Positions 28,421 to 37,541 of a stretch of 64,000 bases of DNA are shown one piece after another. The DNA lies in NCBI GenBank assembly GCA_965214835.1, contig CBDCCK010000002.1, positions 768,001 to 832,000 of the forward strand, given 5' to 3'. Both the position numbers and the translations under genes were made by a program. The stretch comes from Nitrosopumilaceae archaeon (GTDB lineage: Archaea > Thermoproteota > Nitrososphaeria > Nitrososphaerales > Nitrosopumilaceae). How positions within the stretch are numbered: the first letter of the stretch is position 1; each line of letters opens with the position of its first letter. The notes under the pieces were generated by a model. That model was not told the DNA's origin, searched no databases, and saw only the letters and a list, made by a program, of their open reading frames with translations.

Positions 28421-31186
28421 GTGAAAAAGTCCATCCCGGTACTGCTTGTAATCGTTTTTGGCATGATCCCATTTGCCGGTGCCCATCCGTTCACGGAGGA
28501 TACGATTCCTGCAAAGCTGTCCAGTGGGCCGGTAGGCACCACCCAGGTGGTTGTCTTTTATTCGGAGGCCTTGGAGGTGGAGTTCAGCTCGCTCAAGGTC
28601 TTTGACAGCAGCGGCGACCAGATCGACAACAGGGATACAAGCTACTACCAGGGGGAGGAGTCCCTCATAGTAACCACGCCGCCGCTTGAGGAGGGGGCGT
28701 ATACCGTGACAAGCAAGGTGCTCTCAAAGGTCGACGGCCACCTGGTTCCAGACGCATTCGTGTTTGGCATAGGGAACGTGGTCGTTGAGGATACTACCGG
28801 ATCCCCGGCAGAACTAATCTTCTATCCGGAGGCTGCAGCAAGGTTTCCGGGACTGGTCGGACAGACGGTTGTCCTGGGATCTGCAATTGCCTCGATTCTG
28901 ATCTGGGCAACGCAGAGAAAGGACGTCATACGCCCCAGCCTAGGGCAGGTGGAATCCGCATTTCAAGGGAGGTTTTTGTCGGTAACAGGGGTGGGAATCA
29001 TCACGGTTTTTGCCTCAAACGTCCTGATGCTTGCAGTCCACACGTGGAGGCTGGAGGTCCCGGCGCTCCAGGCACTAGAGACATCGTTTGGAACGACCTG
29101 GCTGGTCAGAATGGGAATCACGACTGTATTGATTGCCGCATGGTTTGCGCTGTATCGAAGGGGTGCAAAGTCTGCCAGGTCCCGCATTCCAATCCTAGCA
29201 ATCTCGCTGGTTCTCATCTCAACTACGACAATGGTCGGCCACGGGGCGGCAAGCGAGCAGCCAGGGGCGGTTCTTCTGGACTATGTACACAGTCTGGTCG
29301 CAGCTGCCTGGATCGGCGGGGTGGTCTTCTTTGCCTTTGCAATGCTGCCGGCACTTGCAGGCCTCAGGGACGACATGAGGGGGAAAATGTCCCTAGTACT
29401 GATTCCAAGGTTTTCAATAATGATAACAGTCTCGCTGGGAATCGTAATAATCTCGGGGCCGATTCTGATGTGGTTCCTTGAAAGCGATGTGGGTACGATT
29501 GTCGAGTCGACCTATGGAAAGCTCATCATGGCAAAGATCCTCATTGCCTCCATAATGATAGGGGTTGGCGGATACCACCAGTTTGGGATTCAAAGGGGGG
29601 CCGAGAAAAACATCGGCTCATCCAATGTACATAAAAGACTGGGGCGCGCCCTGAAGGTCGAGTCCGTCCTAGGTATAGCCCTTCTCGGCGTGGTTGCACT
29701 GCTGGTAAACGGGACGCTTCCGGCAGGAGAGGTTCAGCCGGCAGACGCCCGGTCTGCAGCCTATGGGTTCTCCTCAACAGAGTTTGCAGAGACGGCCAGG
29801 TTTGAAACGGAGATCTTTCCGTTTACGACGGGGAGCAACGAGATCCTGGTCAGGGTGTCCGATTCCCAAGGAAACAGGATAGGGGATCTGGAGTCGCTGA
29901 GGATCAAGGTATCAAACCCAGAGAGAAACATCACGCCTATCGTGATTGACATGGCCAGGACGGAGAATGAAAATGCCGACGAGTTTGTCGGCGAGCCCAC
30001 GTTTGGCTTTTCTGGAAACTGGCTGGTGGAGATCGAGGCACAGAAAACCCAGACGGCCAACGAGGCCGTATCGCTGAACCTGCTGGTAAAGCCGCATCTG
30101 GAGAACCTGCAGACCGAGATCACAGAGTATGACCTGCCGGTGGCCGGCAAGCCGCTGTATCCGGTCTTTGACGGCACCGATACAATCTGGATAAGCGATA
30201 CGGCACAGCCCCGAATATGGGAGTATGCCATAAGCAGCGGGGAGTTCAGGTCGCATGACTTTGACGGGCAGGCAGCCCAGACACTGGCATTGGACGGGGA
30301 TGGAAGGGTCTGGTTTACGGATATCGCAGAGGAGAAAATCGGGTTCCTGGAGCCGTCCACCGGGGAGACAGAGACGGTCGCGCTGCCTGAGATATTTCCC
30401 AATAACTTTAGAAGCATCCCCGCATCGCTGGAGGCAGACATGAAAGGCAACATCTGGATTTCAATCCTTACAAAGGGCGTCATCCTGAAGTTTGATCAGA
30501 GGCTGCAGGAGTTTGAGGAGTACAGGCTGGCAGACCAGCAGGGGGGGCCGTTTGACGTGATGGAGGGCGTGGACGGAAGCATCTGGTTTACAGAGTCAGG
30601 CTCTGGGAAAATAGGGGCGATCAATCCGGATACCGGGGAGATCAGGGAGGTCCCCCAATCCCTAAAGCTGGAGGGCCCGGAGGCCTTCATCCTTGACGGG
30701 TCAGGCGACATCTGGATCACCGAGCACGCGGGCACGGGCATAGTAAGGTACAGCCCGGTCCTGGATGCGTTTGAGAGGTTCCCGGTGTCAAATCCCGACT
30801 CGCTGCCGTTTGGAATGGCCCTTGACAGGTATGGAAACATCTGGTTTGCCCAGCACCAGATAGACTTTCTTGGCGTCTATGATCCGCAGAACAACGACAT
30901 GATGGACGTCCCAATTCCGACCGAGACGTCGTTTGTCCAGTTTGTCACGGCAGACGGCAACGGGGACATCTGGTTTGCCGAGCAGGAGGGCGGCAAGATT
31001 GGCGTGCTGAAGATTACCGAAAGGCCGGTGTCCGGGGCAGTCACGAGGCAGGGCGGCGCCGGCCCGTCACTGCAGTATACGGAGCTTGCATCGCCTCTGA
31101 TTGCGATGGGAATCATTGCAACGGCGCTGTTCTTTGTAAAAGGCGTCAATGACAAGCGAAGGCTGAACGAGAAGGTGCTTGGCTAG
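28421..31186 (+). CDS. CopC-CopD copper uptake/resistance fusion with C-terminal Vgb-lyase-like beta-propeller
   Basis: AHP...DGH CopC ligands; CopD TM region (GHGA, HSLVAAAWIGG); repeated DG.IWF(T/A)E blades. Confidence 0.88.
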   Translation: MKKSIPVLLVIVFGMIPFAGAHPFTEDTIPAKLSSGPVGTTQVVVFYSEALEVEFSSLKVFDSSGDQIDNRDTSYYQGEESLIVTTPPLEEGAYTVTSKVLSKVDGHLVPDAFVFGIGNVVVEDTTGSPAELIFYPEAAARFPGLVGQTVVLGSAIASILIWATQRKDVIRPSLGQVESAFQGRFLSVTGVGIITVFASNVLMLAVHTWRLEVPALQALETSFGTTWLVRMGITTVLIAAWFALYRRGAKSARSRIPILAISLVLISTTTMVGHGAASEQPGAVLLDYVHSLVAAAWIGGVVFFAFAMLPALAGLRDDMRGKMSLVLIPRFSIMITVSLGIVIISGPILMWFLESDVGTIVESTYGKLIMAKILIASIMIGVGGYHQFGIQRGAEKNIGSSNVHKRLGRALKVESVLGIALLGVVALLVNGTLPAGEVQPADARSAAYGFSSTEFAETARFETEIFPFTTGSNEILVRVSDSQGNRIGDLESLRIKVSNPERNITPIVIDMARTENENADEFVGEPTFGFSGNWLVEIEAQKTQTANEAVSLNLLVKPHLENLQTEITEYDLPVAGKPLYPVFDGTDTIWISDTAQPRIWEYAISSGEFRSHDFDGQAAQTLALDGDGRVWFTDIAEEKIGFLEPSTGETETVALPEIFPNNFRSIPASLEADMKGNIWISILTKGVILKFDQRLQEFEEYRLADQQGGPFDVMEGVDGSIWFTESGSGKIGAINPDTGEIREVPQSLKLEGPEAFILDGSGDIWITEHAGTGIVRYSPVLDAFERFPVSNPDSLPFGMALDRYGNIWFAQHQIDFLGVYDPQNNDMMDVPIPTETSFVQFVTADGNGDIWFAEQEGGKIGVLKITERPVSGAVTRQGGAGPSLQYTELASPLIAMGIIATALFFVKGVNDKRRLNEKVLG

Positions 31187-31239
31187 TCGCATCGGGAGAC
31201 TGCCGGTCAGGGTGGCAGGCGTCTCGCCTCAAGCCGGGG

Positions 31240-32085
31240 CTATTTGACGGCCTGCGGCTCGCCTGTAGCAACCCTTGATATCAGTCCTGCGGATTTTGCC
31301 AAGAGTACACCGATCAGGATTGCAACTGCAATCATTACGATGGTGCCCGACGGCGCGATATTGTAATAGTATGACAGGAGGATTCCGGTGACTACGGATA
31401 TGACCGAGATGGACATCGATATCCCGATTGTCTTTTTGAATCCCTTTCCAAACATCATTGCAGATATGTTTGGAATGACGACGAGTGCAGATATCAGCAG
31501 AATCCCCACCAGCCTCATCGAGGTTACGACCGTCACAGACGCAAGTATGACAAACGCGTAGTTCATCAGGGTCACCGGTACCCCTGCAAGCCTGGCCTGC
31601 TCCTCGTTGAAGGTCAGCTGGAGAAACTGCCTCTGCAGGAGGGTCAGGGTGGCAATTATCCCCGCGCTGATTGCAAGGATCATTACCATGTCCTCGTCAC
31701 TTATCAGCAGGATGCTGCCGAACAGGAAGCTGAACAGATCAACTGAAAAGCCGCCCGACGAGCTGACCAGAATCACGCCCACTGCCAGCCCGGAGACCAG
31801 AACCACGGCTACTGCCGCATCACCTGATATCTTTGTGCTCTGCCTCAGCTTTTGCAGTCCCAGCCCCCCAAAAATGGATACAATGAATGCAGTCCAGAGT
31901 GGAAACACGCCCAGGAACAGGCCTACCGAGATTCCACCGAACGCGACATGCGCGATGCCGTCTCCAAACAACGAATACCGTCTGAGCACCAAAAACGCGC
32001 CCATAAAGGAGCAGATCAGGGCAACGGCGATCCCCGAAATCAGCGCCTTTTGAACAAATCCATAGGAGAGCGCCTCAAGAACCAT
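31240..32085 (-). CDS. znuB: Zn/Mn ABC transporter permease
   Basis: LRRYSLFGDGIAHVAFGG, LFGSIL, VGILLISAL. Confidence 0.9.
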   Translation of the reverse strand: MVLEALSYGFVQKALISGIAVALICSFMGAFLVLRRYSLFGDGIAHVAFGGISVGLFLGVFPLWTAFIVSIFGGLGLQKLRQSTKISGDAAVAVVLVSGLAVGVILVSSSGGFSVDLFSFLFGSILLISDEDMVMILAISAGIIATLTLLQRQFLQLTFNEEQARLAGVPVTLMNYAFVILASVTVVTSMRLVGILLISALVVIPNISAMMFGKGFKKTIGISMSISVISVVTGILLSYYYNIAPSGTIVMIAVAILIGVLLAKSAGLISRVATGEPQAVK

Positions 32086-32102
32086 GCGTATCGCCTAAGA
32101 CC

Positions 32103-32912
32103 TCAATGCGCATCATGATGATGCATGTGCATTTGCATGGATGATTCCGTGTATGTCTTTAGGAGATCCTCGTCGGAGAAGAACGTCTCTTTTTGGCCGT
32201 GGAAGAACAGCTTTTTGTTCATGCATGCGACCCTGTTTGCATATCTTGATATGGCATCAAGGTCATGGGACGACCAGATGACGGTGATTTTGTTTTCCTC
32301 GTTTATTTTTTTGATGACGTTGTAGAATTTTGTCTGTGACTCGACATCTACACTGGTTACGGGCTCGTCAAGAATAAGCAGTAGGGGATCCTTTACGAGG
32401 GATTTTGCAATAAAGACACGCTGCAGCTCCCCCCCGGACAACTCCCCGATTCTCCTGTTTCGCAGGGCCTCAAGTCCCACTGTTTTCAGAGCCTCGGTCA
32501 CCTTGTCGTCATTGCTTCCAATTTTTTTGTACATCCTGTTCCAACAACAGCCGCACTGCTGAATCAGCTTGGCGCCCCTGACGAGCTTGCTATCGGATAT
32601 TATTCCCATGGATACGACATCGTATACGGTGGCAGGAAAGTTTGGTTCAAATATCACCTTTTGTGGCACGTACCCAATCAGCGGCAGCAGCGAGCGGTGC
32701 TTTGAGCTTTCAAATCCAAACAGCTTGATCTTCCCGGAATACTGCTGCAGTCCCAAAACTGCCCTGAACAGGGTGGTCTTGCCGGCCCCGTTGGGCCCGA
32801 CAATTCCAAGCAGATCCCCTTCCTGCACGTCAAAGCTGATCCGGTCAACTGCCAGGTGGTTGTTATATCCTATACTAAGATCCCTTACTTCCAGTACGCT
32901 TGTCATTGACAT
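32103..32912 (-). CDS. znuC: Zn/Mn ABC transporter ATPase
   Basis: GPNGAGKT, LSGGELQR, LDEP, SHD; His tail. Confidence 0.9.
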   Translation of the reverse strand: MSMTSVLEVRDLSIGYNNHLAVDRISFDVQEGDLLGIVGPNGAGKTTLFRAVLGLQQYSGKIKLFGFESSKHRSLLPLIGYVPQKVIFEPNFPATVYDVVSMGIISDSKLVRGAKLIQQCGCCWNRMYKKIGSNDDKVTEALKTVGLEALRNRRIGELSGGELQRVFIAKSLVKDPLLLILDEPVTSVDVESQTKFYNVIKKINEENKITVIWSSHDLDAISRYANRVACMNKKLFFHGQKETFFSDEDLLKTYTESSMQMHMHHHDAH

Positions 32913-34362
32913 TCCAAGGCAATCTTTAGGGCCGCCAGGTTCTGTTCCATCTTATCAATATACGTGACATCCTGCCCTACCTCGTCCTGGGATAGCGCCT
33001 CTATCGGGCTAAACAGCATTACTCTGGCACCGGCCTCGTCTGCAATCACCTCGGCTAGTCTCGGATCCACCAGCTCCTCGGAGAATATTACCTTGATGTC
33101 ATTGTCACGTACAAAGTCTACAAACTCTGCAATCTCCGCAGCCGAGGCCTCTGACTCTGGAGCAAGTCCGCCCAGTGGCATTATGTGGAGGTCATACCGC
33201 TCGGCAAGATACGTAAACGCGTTGTGGAACGGGACGAAGGTGTCCTGGTCACATGATGACAGGGACGTCCTGATGCTTGCGTCCAGGGCTTCTAGCTTTG
33301 CATTGTATTCTAGCGCGTTTTGCTCATAATGTTCCCTGTTCTCGGGATCCGCCTCTACAAGGCCGTCCCTGATGTTGTCCACCTGCTGTTGTGCCAGCAC
33401 TGGATCCAGCCAGATGTGCGGGTCAAACTCATAGTCGTGATCGTGTTCATCATGCTTGGCATCGTCGTCGTGTTCATCATGCTTGGCATCGTCGTCGTGT
33501 TCATCATGCTTGGCATCGTCGTCGTGTTCATCATGCTTGGCATCGTCGTCGTGTTCATCATGCTTGGCATCGTCGTCGTGTTCATCATGCTTGGCATCGT
33601 CGTCGTGTTCATCATGCTTGGCATCGTCGTCGTGTTCAACTTCTTCGTAGCTTCCAGAATGAAATGGTATATTTCCTCTATTCCCTGTTCGGCACTAAAA
33701 TGGCCGTCTTCTACCTCGTGTAACAGCTCCTCTATAGTCTCAATTGTTTGGTTGCCATGATCATGTCCATCGCCCTCGTGCTGGTGAAGGATTTCCTCTA
33801 TTTGTTCAAGCGTTTGTGACTCGGTTATATGCCCATGCGCGAATTCATCTATTACGGCATCTATCTCCCCAAGGAATTCTTTTGCATGCTCGCCATGTTC
33901 CTCCTCATGCTCGCCGTGTTCCTCCTCATGCCCATGCTCGTCATGATCTTCATCTGGTTTCACCAGCTCGACTGATTCTGATGCCTTGACAAAGGACACG
34001 TGCTCAAACTCCCCGGACTCCATCAGGTTATCAACATAAGGCTCCATTCCCAGTCCGTTGTATACAAAAACGTCTGCATCCTTGAGGGACTGGATCTCCA
34101 GCGCCCTTGGCTCCCAGTCATGTGCCTCTACCCCGGACGGGAGGTACTGCTCTACAATCGCATGCTCTCCGGCAACGTTTTTTGTAAATTCATAGTATGG
34201 ATAAAACGACGCAAAAACGAGAATTTTCTCTACATCAGCCGTGACCTCCACGGGAGTCGGGTCTACAGGCGCTGCGCCATCAAGTCCGCTTGCAGCAACG
34301 ACTCCGACTATTACCGCAACCGCGATTCCGATTCCAATTGATGCAACGACTGATTTCTTCAT
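32903..34362 (-). pseudogene. znuA: Zn/Mn ABC substrate-binding protein split by a 1-bp frameshift near 33650
   Basis: N half has EAHDWEP; C half has DPHIWLDP, FHNAFTY, FSEEL; adding one A (GAA-AGC-TAC) joins them through His/Asp repeats. Confidence 0.85.
33443..33631 (-). repeat. Perfect 27-bp tandem repeat x7 encoding (DDDAKHDEH)7 in the restored frame
   Basis: gtgttcatcatgcttggcatcgtcgtc counted seven times. Confidence 0.95.
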
Positions 34363-34381
34363 GCCCGTCTTCCATAATGGA

Positions 34382-34410
34382 TTATTAACAATATAATATA
34401 AACTTAATAA
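34382..34410. promoter_or_regulatory. Putative NikR-type operator TTATTAA-N15-TTAATAA
   Basis: Perfect spaced inverted repeat straddling the TATA region of znuA, divergent from a NikR-like gene. Confidence 0.5.
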
Positions 34411-34518
34411 AAAATCTCAGAATCCCCGTGGTTGTTAATAATCAAATGGGCGCGATTTACCCTGAAATTATTAAAAAATCATACTAGGTTTAAATAATAA
34501 TTAATAATCAGCAGATCA

Positions 34519-34902
34519 ATGCCTGTCGTCTCAATATCGCTAAACGACGAGATGTTGGAGGAGCTTGACAAGCTGCAGAACCTGATGGGGTTTACCGGAA
34601 GATCCGAGATCATACGTGCAGGAATCAGGACGTTTGTGCAAGAGGAAAAGCAGAAGCAGGAGCTAAGGGGAAAGCAAAGTGCGGTTCTCATCGTGGTCCA
34701 CGCAGACGAGTTTGACGACCAGGTTGCACGGATAAAGCATGATTATGAGGATCTGATCAGGACCCATCTCCACAACAGGATAGGGGGAGACAGGTGCATG
34801 GAGATGTTTTTCCTGGACGGCGACTCAAAAAAAATCCAGTCGATAACCAATGGATTCCTTACCGATAGAAAGATGGATACGGTAAAGCTGGTTGCCCTGT
34901 GA
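34519..34902 (+). CDS. NikR-family ribbon-helix-helix metal-responsive regulator
   Basis: VVSISL...RSEIIR RHH; H and HLH...C.E metal site. Confidence 0.88.
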   Translation: MPVVSISLNDEMLEELDKLQNLMGFTGRSEIIRAGIRTFVQEEKQKQELRGKQSAVLIVVHADEFDDQVARIKHDYEDLIRTHLHNRIGGDRCMEMFFLDGDSKKIQSITNGFLTDRKMDTVKLVAL

Positions 34903-35030
34903 TTCATTTGGCTGGCGCCCCCTAGGTACATTTCGCTCCCTGCCTAAGATTCGCTCGCCGGTCTAGACGTCGCGTGTTGTGCGCCGGTCGGCCGCTCTTT
35001 TTTCCGAAGGACGGCACAGGAGGTGCGATG

Positions 35031-35160
35031 GAGGTTGTCGCCTAATTCCCCCTGCCTGACTCAATCTGCACACTTTTCTGAATTTCCACTTCCTTTGCAC
35101 GCCTAATCCAGACGACACCACATGGTTTTTAGGAATTCTGATGAATTAGGTGACAACCTC
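35031..35160 (+). mobile_element. 130-bp MITE (family 1) with 18-bp TIRs and 9-bp TSD
   Basis: gaggttgtcgcctaattc / gaattaggtgacaacctc (1 mismatch); flanks ggtgcgatg / ggtacgatg. Confidence 0.88.
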
Positions 35161-35280
35161 GGTACGATGTCACGTCTCTCCCGGCCAGGTGTGGAGGCCA
35201 TATCGGCATGCAGGTTCGTGCAAGTGCGGTCGGCCTCGTACGGCAAGGGCGGCAGTGGACAGCTCCGACAGGATGCACTG

Positions 35281-35460
35281 TCATACCCCCTGCCAAGCCT
35301 TCTCGTTGTGCTCCTTGATCCACTGCTTTACTAGCGGCAGCAGCCTGTCCACATCCATGTTTTTGGATTTCAGACTGATTGCAAAATTATTGTTGTGCGT
35401 GGAGGACGAGTCGTTTACCTCGATTTTGATCTCGTTTACGGTCTTGTCGCAAATCCCCAA
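35281..35460 (-). CDS. Possible 59-aa hypothetical protein (not in ORF track)
   Basis: TTG start, MGICDKTVNEIKIEVNDSSSTHNNNFAISLKSKNMDVDRLLPLVKQWIKEHNEKAWQGV; protein-like composition only. Confidence 0.35.
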   Translation of the reverse strand: MGICDKTVNEIKIEVNDSSSTHNNNFAISLKSKNMDVDRLLPLVKQWIKEHNEKAWQGV

Positions 35461-35729
35461 TTTCAGTCCCCCGTAATTCCTGTCATGTTAAGAGTGGAGA
35501 AAGATGTAAGACCGGCGGCGCCGGTTCCTACCTCTTCAATAGTGGATGGTATATACGCATTGCATGTCAGATTGCAGCGGATACTGTCGGAATGAAAGCC
35601 AAGAGTGCTCACTATTGCTATCAATGATAGTTTTTCCACACAATACTGTAGACATGGTTATTAAAAAATGTATGTTTTTTGATAAAAATTAATAATAAAC
35701 TCAATGTATTTAATATGACTGGGCATAGG

Positions 35730-36014
35730 ATGTTGGGTGTGTCAAGACAGGAAAAAAGGATCAGTGGGGCGTACGTCCTGCTGAACTGCAAGAAGGGCGG
35801 CGAGGAAAAGATTGCCGAAACGCTCAAGCGGATCAGGGAGGTAAGGGAGGTGCAGTGCATCGAGGGCCCATACAACCTCATAATAAAACTAGAGTCAGAC
35901 TCTAGGGATGTGCTGCAGGAGATCATTACCTGGAGAATCCGAAGGCTGGATGACGTCAAGGCCACGTATACCCTCGGGTATGACGAGGATGCCGCCGCAT
36001 GCGAGGGGTTCTAA
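35730..36014 (+). CDS. Stand-alone Lrp/AsnC ligand-binding domain protein
   Basis: AYVLLNC..G.E, GPYNLIIKLE, IRRLDDVKAT.TL; start uncertain. Confidence 0.8.
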   Translation: MLGVSRQEKRISGAYVLLNCKKGGEEKIAETLKRIREVREVQCIEGPYNLIIKLESDSRDVLQEIITWRIRRLDDVKATYTLGYDEDAAACEGF

Positions 36015-36472
36015 TGGAGAGGATGTATGTCAGGACGGCAGAAGACGAGCATGTGGAGATGTATCTCAAGGCAATGTGCATCATAGAGGAGGAGGGGCGC
36101 CCGCTGAAGATCAGCACCATTGCAAGGGTGCTGGACATACAGCAGCCAAGCGTGATCCAGATGCTAAGAAAACTGGATGGTAAAAACCTCATCACATACA
36201 GCAAGCTGGGCATAGCAGTCAATGAGCAGGGGAGGAGAATCGGCCAGAACACGATACGAAAAGGCCGTCTGCTAGAGGCCATGATGACGGAGCTGCTAAG
36301 GATCAACGCCGATCCAAAGATCATTTGCGGCATCGAGCACCACATGAGCGACGAGTTTACAGACGCGCTGTCGGACCTGCTGGGAAATCCGGACAGGACT
36401 CCAAGTGGAAAAAGCATACCGCCGGGGGCTAGGAGCTGGCCTTTAGAATCCTCTGAAAGGCAGGCAGTGTGA
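36014..36472 (+). CDS. DtxR/MntR-family metal-dependent regulator
   Basis: EMYLKA, IARVL...PSV.QML.KL, RLLE, CGIEH. Confidence 0.85.
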   Translation: MERMYVRTAEDEHVEMYLKAMCIIEEEGRPLKISTIARVLDIQQPSVIQMLRKLDGKNLITYSKLGIAVNEQGRRIGQNTIRKGRLLEAMMTELLRINADPKIICGIEHHMSDEFTDALSDLLGNPDRTPSGKSIPPGARSWPLESSERQAV

Positions 36473-37472
36473 CCATCTCCCCAAAGTCAGGGTCCCGGGC
36501 GACCTTGTGCAGGAAGCTTTCATGATCATGATCATGATCGTCCATCCTCGATATTTTCGAGACCAGCCTGCAGGCGGCTGCATAGTCGCCCATTTTTGCA
36601 GCACTTTTTGCCTTGTGGTAAAGCGCGTTTGCGTCATTGGGCTCTACTGCCAGCGCCTTGTCAAAGCAGGTCACCGCCCTGCGGTATTTGCCCATCAGGT
36701 GAAGTGAGTAGCCCTTGTTGATCAGGACGTCGGCGTTTTTCCTGTCGTTTCTCAGAACCCTGTCAAAGCAGCCGATGGCATCTAGGGGCATGTCCAGCTG
36801 GTTGCAGGCAATGCCCAGTCGAAAGACCGCATCGACGTCGCCCGGGGCGCCCGCCACGGCCCGGCGAAAGCAGTCATGGGCCTGCCCGAACCTCCCGGTC
36901 TCCAGCAGCGAGTTGCCAAGATTGCACAGGGTGTCGACGTCGCCCGGCGAGCAGTCCAGCGCCTTTTCAAAGTACGATATCGCCCTTTTGTGGTTTTTCT
37001 GTCCCGCATACACTATTCCGATGTTGTTCAGGATTTCGATGTCAGAGGGGGATTTCTTCAGTGCGCGCCTGTATGCGGATATCGCGTCCTTGTGCATCCC
37101 CAGCGCCACTAGCGAGTTTGCCTTGTTGCACAGGGCGTTGACGTCGCCTGGCCTTGACTCGAGCACGAGATCAAACACTGCGAGCGATTCCTCGTACCTG
37201 TCCATGTCATAAAGGGTGGTGGCCTTGTTGTACAGCACGTCGTGATCGCCGGGCCGGATTTTCAGCGCCTTGTCATACGCCCTCAGTGACTTTTGATACT
37301 CCCCGGCATGTACCAGGCAGGTGGCCCGGTTTGCAACTGCCTCAAAGTCGTCGGGCGCAAGCCGCAGTATCCTGTCAAGGCAGTCCAGCGCCTTTTGATA
37401 GTTCCTCCTCTTCAGGTGCCGCAGGGCATCATCGTGGTACCGCGCAACTGTCCTGGCAGGGTTGGGTTTCAT
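36429..37472 (-). CDS. Tetratricopeptide repeat protein
   Basis: About eight TPR units; HDHDHE near C-terminus. Confidence 0.88.
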   Translation of the reverse strand: MKPNPARTVARYHDDALRHLKRRNYQKALDCLDRILRLAPDDFEAVANRATCLVHAGEYQKSLRAYDKALKIRPGDHDVLYNKATTLYDMDRYEESLAVFDLVLESRPGDVNALCNKANSLVALGMHKDAISAYRRALKKSPSDIEILNNIGIVYAGQKNHKRAISYFEKALDCSPGDVDTLCNLGNSLLETGRFGQAHDCFRRAVAGAPGDVDAVFRLGIACNQLDMPLDAIGCFDRVLRNDRKNADVLINKGYSLHLMGKYRRAVTCFDKALAVEPNDANALYHKAKSAAKMGDYAAACRLVSKISRMDDHDHDHESFLHKVARDPDFGEMVTLPAFQRILKASS

Positions 37473-37541
37473 CGTACTCCGACCGGGTTGATCGGATTTA
37501 TTCCATGCGAATCCGGCATTCCGGGCAGGGCTCCGCTGTCC

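Noticed and set aside
27101-33631. The two perfect tandem arrays as CRISPR arrays
   Set aside because: No spacers; unit lengths are multiples of three and lie inside coding sequences
33355-33650. (NTTTMPSMM)n tail of the 335-aa ORF as a real mucin-like repeat
   Set aside because: It is the out-of-frame reading of the His/Asp repeat after the frameshift
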